A stretch of DNA of 63,520 nt, counting the filler, from Parasitella parasitica NRRL 2501 (Eukaryota; Fungi; Mucoromycota): NCBI GenBank assembly GCA_025201805.1. It is 4 parts of 4 records of this genome, joined end to end, with 100 filler letters (N's around TTAATTAATTAA, not from the genome) between each part and the next. Parts side by side here need not be neighbours in the genome. Positions count along the whole stretch, not along the records: positions 19,447 to 40,021 come from MU619424.1; 3 more parts are not named here. The stretch is one strand, 5' to 3'. Each line of letters opens with the position of its first letter. The stretch's first letter is position 1. Positions 23,204 through 35,170 of the stretch are shown one piece after another. The notes beneath the pieces are model-generated. The model ran no database searches and was not told the DNA's origin. It saw nothing but the letters and a program-made list of their open reading frames with translations. The position numbers were made by a program, and so were the translations under genes.

Positions 23204-24532
23204 AAAAAAAAAAAAAATTGGTTAAATGATTCTTTAACATAGCTCTGGACTGCGTTGAATAAGAGCAATTCGCACCTTCTTCTACGTTACTTGAGACACT
23301 ATCGTTCACCTCTGATGCTACTTTTTTGGGGCGCAATTTGTCCAATAAACCATTTTTTAGAACATATGGCAGAATACGATCCAGCCTGTTGAGAACTACA
23401 TCAATGATTGAATGCTTACCTATATTGAAATCAAGTTGGTAATCCTTATAAAAGGATACATGAGCCCAGAGAACAAACCTTCAACTAGGGGCGGTTCTTC
23501 TACTGCTTTCTCATCTTCATCTTCATCATCGTTATATTCTTCTGGTTCATCTGCTTCAAAATCGCTCGATTCATTGACGTTGATATTTTCGAGATTATCG
23601 TCAATTTCAGCTTCAATAGTCGTAAAACGAGTGAGAAACTCTTCATAGCCAGAAATGGCACTCTTGACAGCCATGTCATGGAAATTATGGTTGTGATCCC
23701 GCTTCATGTCACCTAAAATGCTTTTGAGTACATTTAGCTCTTTCTTGAGAATGACAATGTCGTGCTTTAATGTAGCCACATCAAGAGCTCCAGACCGGCA
23801 TTTAGGCTTTTTGGTGTGAGAACGAGATTCCAAATCCTCCAGTTCACGTTCAAGCCTAAGCAAATTGGATTCTTTGAGGATAATCTCATCTTCAATTTTG
23901 ATCTGGTCTTCTTCCCACAAAGCAATTTGCTTTTGCGCGTCATCTATGAGCTGTCTTTTTGCATTCAATCCAGCTTTGGTTGACTTTTTTAGGCTGGATT
24001 GCTCCTTTCGATAGACTTCTCCAACTTGTTTGCATTTGTTGGGACATGAAATAAGGTCCCCGTTTTCATCAGATCCATCACAGCAAGCTTCATCGCAGAC
24101 GCCATCATTGACAGCATAGGATTTGATATACGCAGGAATATGCCCAACATTGGCACAGTAAAAATAAGAGCTGGGACAAGCAGAGGTGCCTATTGTTCAA
24201 CTTGATGTTAATACGATCAGGTAAATACGTATGCACATGTACCTGGCTCATCTGATCCATCAACACAATCGCAGTAGTCGTCATTGATTGCTGAATACGG
24301 TATCACCTTTGAGCCATCTAAACAGGTCCAAGTCCCTTCTTTGGAAGGTTGGTATAAATTGAATTCTGAAAAAAAAAAACAAAAAAAAAAAAAAAAATCA
24401 ATTGAATTAAACAGCACAAAGGCAAGACAAGGACATACTTTCGGGAGAAACGCCTCTAATAGAAGAAGAAGAAGCCCTTACTAATGAAATTGCTGCTAGA
24501 ATACAAGGCAGATTATGCTTGATCGACACCAT
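23204..24532 (-). CDS. GTB1: Glucosidase II beta subunit (PRKCSH-like), 3' end lost in gap
   Basis: Signal peptide [20 protein letters not shown], then [57 protein letters not shown], followed by a coiled coil and an acidic stretch. Confidence 0.92.
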
Positions 24533-24686
24533 CGTTGCTAGTCAAGATGAGAACAGTTAAAAACCAACGCGAATCGGCTTTTTATATTAGTTTTGAGCCA
24601 ATAAGCAAATGCAACCGCATAGGATTCATTTCCAGCAGTAATCATGTTTGTAAAGCGTTTTATTAAGTACATTGTAGTCTAAATTA

Positions 24687-27600
24687 TTAATCCTCTGCTT
24701 CGAGACTCTTCAACAAGGCAGCAGCAGATATGTCGTCAGTGGAGACGTCGTCTTGCTGAACCTTGTGCTTGTTTTTTCTACTACGGCGACGTGATGTACG
24801 AACTTCCACTTCACCAGTCCTCAGCTTGTCCAACAAGTCATCCATCATACATCGATCGCTCTCTCCTTTACCGTCCGAGTTCGTGCTGATGCCCTGTACA
24901 GACACCCTTTTCTCCCTTAGTGCGGCTTCTGCCTTTTCCTTCTGTAACCTGAGGCGCTCCTTTCTCTCTTGTTCGTCTCGTTTTCTCTTTTCATCCCGTT
25001 CTTGTTTCAATGCCATCTTTTCTTCAGCAGCCGTTGCATCCTATTGCGTACGTCTTGGTGTTAGAGCAATCCTCTTCATATTGAAAAAATCCATTACCTT
25101 CCATGTTATGACAAATCTCGAAAACGTGCCAAAAAAGTCATCAGGTCTCATTACCTTGGGGTTTTCACCATACCAAGTCATGACATCCTTCCAGCTAGCA
25201 TCCATATTGATATACAGTGTCTGCAAATCCTGAAATCTCATGGATGCCTTTTCTTGGCAAGTACGCATCACTGTACGGAAATGGTCCTGCTCATCATCAA
25301 TCTCAACTTTGTCAGATTGCCAATTTGAGCCCAATTCCAGATCGAGATCCTTTAGTCCCTTTCGGATCTCTGTGTATTGTTGGATCATATCGTTGAGACT
25401 CGCCATGATTCGAGCTGCCTGTTCTATGTCTTTGAGATCATTCAAGAATTCCAGTAGTTGAGGGAATTGGCGACGAATGACGCCAGTGACAACGTGCAAA
25501 AGAGTAACAGAAGAGATGTTGGACGCCTTTGTGTCTACAAGCTGCTCGTGGGTGAGAAGCTGTAAGTATATAATTTTGTGTCTTCTTCTTACCTTATTTA
25601 TGCTTGAGATACGCATACCAAACGCACCACCTTGTAAACTAGAAGCATTCATGAAATTACCAAGCACCAAAATAAGCTATTCAAACATATGAGTGCACAG
25701 CAATCAACTCGTTGGTTTATTTCTGTCTTACGCAGAGCAGATTCTTTAAACTCTGCGAGTTTTTCAGCGCATCAGACACATCCAGTACGATTTTCATATT
25801 CTACACGACCACACGTCAGCCCTTTGGTATATTCAAAATACTTTTCCCAACATCTTACCTTTTCCAACTGGTTGAATTTTTCCCAAAATTGGACTCTAAA
25901 CAACATAAATTGAATACGCACCTCGTACCTGTACATTTTGTACATCTGAAAGGAGGGTTAGCAATAGCCACTCTTCCTTGCTGGATCAAGCACAAACCTC
26001 AATAGTGAACTGCTCAGGAAGATCCAGTTCTTCACAGGCTTCTGGTGTCTCTTTCTGATACTTTTCCATCGTCTTGAAGTTATCGTTTTTGTCAGGAACA
26101 TAAGCAATCAAATTGCCCAAGAAAGTTTCGCTGCAAAGCTCATCGTCAAGTCGCATGATATCCAGCCTTACTTTTTCAAAGCTCGTATATGCTTTAACCC
26201 TGGGAAGAATGGCCAAATCTATGCACATTTATGAGCAACGCTCCATAGCATGCTGCACATCTACTTACTGATATTTCTAGACTTTTCTGCGCTTAAAAAC
26301 TTGACGGCATCCTTCTTTTCTTCGACTCTAGCCTTTAGTCTTCTTTCAAAGAAAGTGTTGGCTTTGGCAGGGAACAACGACTCGATCTTTGCAAACACAC
26401 CATGCTTATCGAGATCATCTTCTAGCTGATTTTCATCCACTTCTTCCAGCTTCCATATGGTGTTATCGACACTACGAGCATCCAATTTTTGCCATTGAAG
26501 ATTCTTGAGCTTAACTTGAGGATAATGACGCAGTTCTTTACGCAGAGGTCCCGTTGGTGTTGGTGGCAGAATAGGACCCTTGCCACCAGGTGGAGGAGGG
26601 GGCGGTGGAGGAGCACCAGGGCCGCCAGGCGCTGCGTGGGTTTGTGTTAGCAATGAGAATAGCGTCGTTTATAATGTGAACTTACGAGGTGGAGGAGGGG
26701 GTGGAGCCATGCCGCCAGGAGCTACATTTCCCAATTAGTAAACAAGTTTATTATCCCAACTACAGAGCACTTACGAGGCGGGGGCGGTGGTGGAGGAGGA
26801 ACTCCAGAGCCTCCAGGAGCTATTCAAAGCACAAGGAAATTAGATTGAGTGTAATAACGGGGGTATGGTATAGATACACTTACGAGGTGGCGGTGGAGGT
26901 GGCGGTGGTGGTCCAGACCCACCAGGTGCTATATAATATATACATAGGTAGTTAGTCAGCATGCTTCCTCGTTCAATTATCTATTTATCTATTTAATTAC
27001 GTGGCGGGGGCGGGGGCGGAGGCGGAGGAGGCGCTGGACCACTAACTACAGGCATTGGTGGTGGCGCTGGTGGCGGTGGCGGAGGCGGTGGTGGTATCCT
27101 ACTTTCTGATCCTACATGATCTTGATCAGTAAAGAGTATACAAATGTATTTAAGCATGCTTACCAGTGTTTGATAAGGGAGTTTGAGGTATACTATCAGA
27201 GTTGAGGGCTGGAAGTGGTGTGATTAATGCGTCATCTGTGACAATACCATTTTCTGATTCAAGAGGGGTTAAATAATGAGTTGGGCAATCTCTATTATCT
27301 ATTTTTGACAGACTATTTTGTGGCATTGGTGATGGTGGAGACGTTGACACAGGCATGACAAATCCGCCAGGTCCAAGGTTAACATTGTTAGCTGCACCAG
27401 ACATCCCCTGTGATTGCTGAGGAGGATATAGCGGTGTTGTGGTGTCAGGTCTTCTGGTCGCCAATTTCCATTGCTCACCCACAATGATAGGCAGCACAGT
27501 GTCAGCTTCCGTGTCTATGCCCTCTGGTTTTTCGTCAAGCTTTGCTTGTAATATGGCAATTGTTTTGTTGGATTGTTGTTGCAATGCACGCAATGCAATG

Positions 27601-29697
27601 TTTTCCATCTTGTAATTTCGTTGATTCATTTCAGTGGTATTTGCTCTTGTGAGCGTAGATAGTTGGTCTCGGAGATCCTTGTTTTCGGCCGCTAATTTCA
27701 AAGCCTGCTCTCTGTCTTCTTCTGCTGATCTAGCTAATTCTTGCAAGCGATCCAATTCGTTAAATCGGCCAACCATATTGTTAACAGAGATACCGAAGGC
27801 TGACGAGCCAAGCTCATTTACACTGACACTATCCCTACGATCCAGAACAATATTGGCCACGATTTCGCTGATGGCTTGATGGTAGTGTGCTCTATACGGT
27901 TAAAACATGTGAATCAATCGAAAATACGCAATCATAGACAAGCTTACTTTTTATCAGCATCCCCTTTAATCAGCAGCATGCTCCTAAGTGTCTGTAGCAA
28001 ATATTCCAAGGCATTGGGTGCATCCGCAATGCTTTCAAGAATCAAATCCAACAGCTCGTTTGGCTGGGAAATGTCGCTGTACATGGAAATCTCATCACCA
28101 AATGCCTCATACATGTCATTCTCTGCTCTTCTTCGGTATTTCTCTATTTGATCGTGTAAATGCGGATCGTCCAACCTCTCTAATTTAGTAAAAATGCGGT
28201 CTAAGCCTGATGACTTGAATTGGCTTCTCAGATAAACTCTGTTGGTCGCTTCAGTTGGTATATAGGCTAAAGTATTGATAAGGCTGACGTTGGAAATACA
28301 GTATTCCACCAAGTGGCTGTCTGGCGGAACGTAGACGTTGACTTTGTGATAGTCGTCAATAGAGTTGGATCTACCAACCTTGCGAGTGCCATCTAGCGTA
28401 TGCTCAAAATTTTTAAGCCATGAGTCAAATACGCCAAAATCCTTTCGATGTTGTCGTAGCAATTCAAAGCCTTGCATCACAATTGAATGACCTAGTGGCA
28501 CATCACAATGGCACAAAAACAACAATATGTCACTAATGATCTTTCTCGACTGCCATTGGGGACAAATGATGGAGAATACAAATGAATGAATGTATTCAGG
28601 ATTGACTATAGCTTCACGAGCACCCCACTAAATAAGTGTTAGAATTTGCATGAACGACATCCAGTAACGGCTAGACTTACCCTAGCATTGACCAACACTT
28701 TGCTGCATTTGATAAGCCCATACTCTAATTCCAGGGCCTGCCCCTTTCTACATATTAATTCCAGCTTGTAAGTAAAGATGGTTGTGTCCCTGAAAAAAAA
28801 AAAAAAAGCAAACAAACCTTTCTAAATCAGGCTTTTTGTTTAAAAACGACAATCCACCAGAGATAACTTTCAGCCCCTTCAAGTCTGTAAATCGAATAAC
28901 CCAGCTATACAGTTCACGTTAGCAGATGTGTAATTTGTATCATAAATCAACATACTCCAGTGGTCGAGTTCTTAAACTAACGGCAAGATTATCCGCCAAA
29001 GCAGGTGTAACGGCTCGTAGATCAGCCTCCATAAATTTTCGAATATAAAACTCTGGTGAGTTTCTGTCAGTTGCAGAAGCACCTTCATATGCTACAGACG
29101 CAGATGGCACAGCTACTGGTATTCCGGTCGAAGTAGAAGTTGACGGTTGAATTGCTTCTGATACTCGACGTGCTGCTGGTGCTAAATGGCTGTGTCGGTG
29201 GGAGTGGCGTTCTACAGCTCGTGCGGTTGAATCCTTTGTAGCAGACCACATTTCTCCTGCAAGGTCTGACAGCACTGTGATCAGAGGCTGAGCGTTTTCG
29301 TCTTGTTCGCCAGGCGCTAATCTTCTGCCCGAAACTGACTGCTCTGCTCTTTTATCTTGAACAACCATGGCCCATTTGGTTTTGTAATCCAATCTGGCGA
29401 GGGGCTTTTTCTTTTCCTCATCTAAACCTCTGCGACTCTATATACAGAAAAAATGAAAATGAAAATGAAAATAAAAATAAATAAATGTCTGCTTGCACAT
29501 ATTAGGATGACTATACACACCAGCATTTGATCAAACAGCTCGTCGATTTGCTCATCAGTGTCTGGCATAGGGTCGTCGGTCATATCTGCTGCCCCTTGGC
29601 TCTTGCGAGAGAAACTGTCGATGGAGGATCGAGGCGACGTTGCTCCTGACTGTCCTGTCCCCTTCTTTTTTCTAAATGATCCAAAAAAATCAGACAT
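24687..29697 (-). CDS. Diaphanous-related formin (SepA/Bni1-like; GBD/FH3, FH1, FH2, DAD), multi-exon
   Basis: GBD (TKWAMVVQD, SPEFYI, LAVSLRTRP); polyproline FH1; FH2 (KLKNLQWQKL, LVLGNFMN, GAFGMRISSINKL, TLLHV); DAD-like MMDDLLDKLRTG. Confidence 0.92.
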
Positions 29698-29773
29698 ATA
29701 TATGTTGAATATATGTAAATTGTATCCAGGTCCTTTATATCTTGTTTCGGTTTAATATTGCTATGATGGGAAG

Positions 29774-29807
<34 letters not shown>

Positions 29808-30001
29808 TTAATATCCTGTATCCCTTTATCCTTTATTTTTAAAAAAAAAAAAATTCTATTTTAATACGGTGCATCAGCTCCGCCTGGTTGCCATGTTACC
29901 ATTTCCATGTGATTGGGACTACCGAAGATTGCCCGTGCTTTAAATCGTTCATTGAAGGTTGCGATTCCCTCCTCTCCTCTTTTCTTTCTTCACTCATAAA
30001 A

Positions 30002-30778
30002 ATGACCCAAACAGAATTGCATTTAGCTTTGCTCCTAAACGACACTCCTATGCCAAATGTGTTGCAAAATGCCGGCGATTACTTGCAACAGTTCAAGAAT
30101 GTATTCAACAAAGCAGCCGATAGCCAGCATTTGGTATTGACTTGGGATGCATTTGATGTAGTCAACAAGCAAGAATATCCGTCCCTGGCAGATGTGGCTA
30201 GTGGCAAATATGATGCCATCCTTTTAACTGGGTCTAAACATAATGCGCATGATAACGACTTATGGATAACCAAATTGCTTGATTTTATAAACCGACTTCA
30301 AACCGATCATGTCGTCAACACCAAGCTGGTGGGCATTTGTTTCGGCCATCAAATCATTCTACGAGCCGCAGGCGGCGTTACTGGAAGGAACAATGCAGGA
30401 TGGGAACTGGGGTGGACACAAGTCAAACTGAATCAAGACGGCCAAAGCTATTTCAAGACCAACAAGCAGCACATTTGCATTAATCAATTTCATCAAGACC
30501 ATGTCTCTGTGCTGCCCATTGGCTACAGATCATTAGCATTTACAGAAGGCAACACACCCAATCATGTCACCGTATCAGACAATGGCCAGTGTTTAACAAT
30601 CCAAGGCCACCCTGAATTTAGTAGGGACACTATGAGGACGATGCTTACGGTCAGGAGAGATACAGGTGTATTGCAAAAGGATGTTGCTAATAACGCACTA
30701 AAGATACTGGAAGACGCTCCGCCTGAGATGGCGGATGTTTGGTTTGCAGAAAAAGCATTGGACTTTATTCGTAATTGA
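30002..30778 (+). CDS. Class I glutamine amidotransferase-like protein, intronless
   Basis: YDAILLTGS, nucleophile elbow GICFGHQ and QGHPEF give a complete Cys-His-Glu triad. The ATG is at 30002. Confidence 0.9.
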   Translation: MTQTELHLALLLNDTPMPNVLQNAGDYLQQFKNVFNKAADSQHLVLTWDAFDVVNKQEYPSLADVASGKYDAILLTGSKHNAHDNDLWITKLLDFINRLQTDHVVNTKLVGICFGHQIILRAAGGVTGRNNAGWELGWTQVKLNQDGQSYFKTNKQHICINQFHQDHVSVLPIGYRSLAFTEGNTPNHVTVSDNGQCLTIQGHPEFSRDTMRTMLTVRRDTGVLQKDVANNALKILEDAPPEMADVWFAEKALDFIRN

Positions 30779-30780
30779 AT

Positions 30781-32787
30781 TTACATCACCTTGGACAGTA
30801 AAGGCAAATTATCCGAAAGAATAGGCCTTAATGTTGAGTTCGATGCTTTGACAACGGACACTAGTAGTAGCACTGAATAAAGCGGGATGCTGTCTAATTG
30901 ACTAGAATCAAACACGCTGCTACAGCCGTCGTTATATTCATCATTGTCGGTTGATAAGAGTGGGTTTGTCATTAGTTTAAAGAGTATTTGTGTTTCTAGA
31001 CGACTGTTTGGTAAAATGTTTGTGTTGAATTCAAAATTAAACTCACTCTGGTCTTTGTATCGCAATTTTCTATCACTGTCAATCTCGCACAGCTTATCCA
31101 AGAGGCCACTAATTTCGCTGTAAATGGCCTGCTGATCTTGTTTCTCGTATTCTGCTAGCTGGATCAAAAAATGAACAAGTGTTTGCAGCGCCCCTATTAC
31201 AAAAAAGCAAGCATTTTAGCCATATTTTTGCATTTGTCTCGAGATCGCATCACATACATGCACTGTCAGGCTCGATCTCTAGCAATTCGCGCACTGTCTC
31301 TATCTCGTCACTAAATAGCTTGGTTCTGTCCAAAGTAAACCACGACGTCTGGTCATTCAGTGTCGGATCCTTGTACATTTTAGTTGCTGCTGGCTTCCAT
31401 TCGTCGGATAGTCTTGATCTCAGAGACTCTAAACCACATGTCTAATGCGAAATTCCCTAATTCTGCATATATATTTACCTGTGTCACGATCCAATTTCTT
31501 TAGTTCCAAGTCCCAAACCTTATCATGAGGTACTGATTTTGCGCTAGTACTAGGCAATATGACATTGGCCTCAATAACAATACGTCTTGCAACATGCTTG
31601 TCGGGTGTTTGCAGAACCCATATCGATGCATTACTGTTCTTGGAATCAAAGGGATACAGTCTGCACGCAACAGTTTCATCCTTATCATTGAACAATCGAG
31701 GTTTTTGCATAAATTTAACTCTATCGCTGAATCCGAGAATTATGATCGATGGATCCTTCTCGATTTGGTATGCTCCATACAATGCCACATTGTTGGGCGC
31801 TCGTCCTAATAGCCACCAATAGTACAGCCAAGCAGACTGATCCTCAGGGTCAGTGTAAATTGCATTTTTGACAAGGTCGAGTTCTGCTTTGTAAATTAGT
31901 AGGTGGCCATAAATCTAACATGGGCTGGTTGGGTTGGGGGGGGCCTGCTTACCGTTCAGCGCTACCTGGTTCTTTTCCTCTGCTGTCATGGATTGAACAA
32001 TCTCTGGTAAAAGCTTGGATCGCTGATGCCACGCCGAGTAGTTGCTAAAGCTTTGGTTGATCTTTTGAGTTGTGAATTTGTACTCCTTTTGGACGATACG
32101 GGCCAATTCCTCAGGGTCGTTGCTAGCATTCTCTCTCAAATGACCTACCACAAAGCGGCGGTAATCCCATCCGTGAACTACAGAATAATACTCAGCATGG
32201 CACAGATTTCGTTCCAAATGCACTCACAATTTCTAGCATCCATAGCCAACATTTTATCGACTAGGTTCAACTCTGCTTGCCAGTCTGGCGTTGGCATATT
32301 CTGCAGACACCAAATGCGATGATTCCACATCCAATACGATTTCGGGTTCTTTTTAATCAATTGCAAAAAAAGAATCAGCTCTTGATTGTACACCTTTTGT
32401 TGTGCGTCCGTATCCAGTTCCTTCAGAATAAACTCTTGCAGCAAAATACGCCGATAGTTCCAGATTGTATAATAGTCCAGGTTCCAGTCTACAAGCTGGC
32501 TAGTTAGCTTGAAGGTTTCTTGGCTGTATTCCTTGTTCTCCATCTTTTTGCACATGTAAATGTATGTTTGAATCAACTAATATAACGCAGCATAGTGCTG
32601 TTTTACCTTTTCTCGGCACTCTTCTACAAGCCGATTGTATTCTTTAATTTTGACGGCTTCCTTCTCCTTGCGTGCCTTGACAACCTCCTCAGTTGTTTTC
32701 TCGCGTTTTCTTCCATGCTTTTCAACAACACATACGTAAGACAAGTATTCCCAAGCTGTTGTGCTATATAATTACCACATCACTCAT
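30781..32787 (-). CDS. BET4: Rab geranylgeranyltransferase (type II) alpha subunit
   Basis: MSDV|HGRKRE start. PPTA repeats: [58 protein letters not shown]-terminal [12 protein letters not shown]. Confidence 0.9.
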
Positions 32788-33702
32788 ATTGAACACAAAT
32801 TAAATGGATAAATAATGAAAAGCAGGATGCTTTTAGTATGCAATACATTAAACCTTTAAAAAGCCGCATAGTGCCCAGTGCCCTGCCTCCCCTAAATCAT
32901 AACTACTAAATTTTTTTTTGGACACATCTGTGGGTTGTGTCAAAATAGATTTTTTATAATTTGTACATTTTTGGACAAAATAAACACACTATGCATCATT
33001 AGCGGCTGTGCATTTGTAATTATATGTGGTTGGTTTTCAATAGTCAAACTGATTTAGTAGCTAACCTCTTTAGCAGACAACCCATCTTCAAACACGTATT
33101 CATATCGCTAATTAACAGCCGTAATTGCCTATAAATTGTCAGCAATCTACACGAGAGAGTGATCTTGAGCCTTTTATAGAGCGCATGTGTGTGTGTGTGT
33201 GTGTGTGTGCGTGCGTGCGGATGATGCACGCTTTAGGCCTGTCTCTGCGTATATTCATGTGAAAAATGAATGAATATCTGGTCATTATATCGATCTACTG
33301 TTTCGACTTGATCAATTGGGATCGTCTCGGCTATAATGGCAGATCACTATATGGCTGGCACATGTACTCAAAGCCTCAAAGAAAAAAAACAAGGTTTTGT
33401 ATACGTGAGATGCTATATGTGTATATACACGACATGCATAATAATCTAAAATCATTTCTTCTCCATGTCTTGAGAACTCCCTCTTGTTCAAAATATACTC
33501 ATAGGGGCTGATATATGCTGCATTCTCCCCTTGCTTTTTTTGTTATCAATGGTCCAGCATACATATAAAATTAGCCTTTTTCTTTGCTTTTCTTTTTGGT
33601 TCTTCTTTTCTATAACCATCTTTAGTCAATTAAAATGCCCGGTATGTGTCTAGAAATCATCTGCAAGAGACAGCCCTTATTGACACTCTCATCATAGGAG
33701 TC

Positions 33703-34044
33703 ATGGATATAAAGCACTTGCTATGCCATCCTGCCACCGTCAGTATCAAGACCGATTTGAAATGTCAAGATTATCCACTCTCGTCATTTTTATCCAATTC
33801 ATCGAGCCCAACATCGCATCTTGTTCTGCCTCTACCTGCTAACCTTGAAACTACTGATTTCTGGAAGCATAATCGATCCATGAGCACAGCAAGCAGTGCC
33901 AGTAGCTGTACTACAAATAGCACTAGCAGCAGCAGCAGCACTAGCAGCAGTAGCAGCATTCACATGTCGACAGAGCAGCAAAAGTACAGGAGACGTGTAA
34001 ACAGTGAAAGCGACGCTAGATTCTTTGTACAAGTGTATCCTATT

Positions 34045-34076
<32 letters not shown>

Positions 34077-34338
34077 ATCAAAGCCTAGCAAACGTGCAAG
34101 ATGCAATTCTGCGTCGTATATTCAGACAAGAATCCCTTGGACTCCAAAAGAAGATGACCTGTTACAAAAGGGCTATGAGCAAGGATTATCATGGGCCATG
34201 ATTTCCTGCACTTTTTTACCACATAGATCGCGTGGTTGTTGCTGGGGCCGATTTAAAACGCTACAAAGCAAAAATGTAATTGAAGTATATCAACAAAGAA
34301 TTTGCCAAAGACCTTGGAAAGCTCACCTAAAAAAGTAA
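33703..34338 (+). CDS. Myb/SANT-domain transcription factor with poly-Ser and poly-Gln tracts
   Basis: RIPWTPKEDDLL..GLSWAMIS..LPHRSRGCCWGRF. (AGC)n/(CAG)n repeats. MDIKHLLC start. Confidence 0.85.
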
Positions 34339-35170
34339 ATAATGACAAACACAGCCAAAAGAGACAAAAACAACAAAACAAAAAACAATATAAAAAAAAC
34401 CCTCCCCCAAGATAAAATTACCTTCGTTTAGTGATCAATAACCTATACGCTTAATCCATATGATATGACAACCCATCGTTCGTTTCTTATGCTTCATCCC
34501 AATCTATTATGCCAAACATCATTTTTCATATGCGCTTATTGTTATCCTTCTCTCTCTTTCTCTTTCTATCAAGCAGACCCTATTTCACGCCTAAATTATT
34601 ACTTGCATCTCTACATGTTGTGCCACTGGGGCACTGACGACTCAACCTATATAAATAATGGAATAAATTCTATGTTTACAAAAGCTTATTTTATGCATCT
34701 CAATTGTATCAGAAAAAATAGTGTACATCATCGATGCCTATTAGATGGGTCATTTTAGATGCCAACAGATTTGACAGAATTCAGGGGGCAAATAATGAGT
34801 TATAGGAAGAATGGCCAAGAAGGCAGATCCACGCTACCATATGTAAAACTATCATATACAACATGGTATTCAAAAACATGGTTAAAGAACCAGCGCATGT
34901 TGCCCAATATTATATTTACTACGACCGATTGATTGTTGTACATCACATCATTGAGCTCGCCCTTGTCCATTTGAAAGATCATCCTATAAGAAATGAATAG
35001 CAGCTTTATTGGAAGCCTTGTCGATCTATTAGCCTATCAAAGCAGCCTGTTTCTTTATATTGGTTTGAAAAATGCAAAAATGCAAAAATGCACATGTATA
35101 TGTATATGTATGTCATTGACGAGGATTATAATAGAAACGATTTATTCAACAAGCAAAAAGACAGCAAATT

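Noticed and set aside
22156-23345. Long ORFs made of X residues (also 46119-47102, 49236-49820, 54859-55257)
   Set aside because: Artefacts of N gaps.
30002-30778. Horizontal transfer of the intronless GATase
   Set aside because: This family is widespread in fungi, and lack of introns alone is not evidence of transfer.
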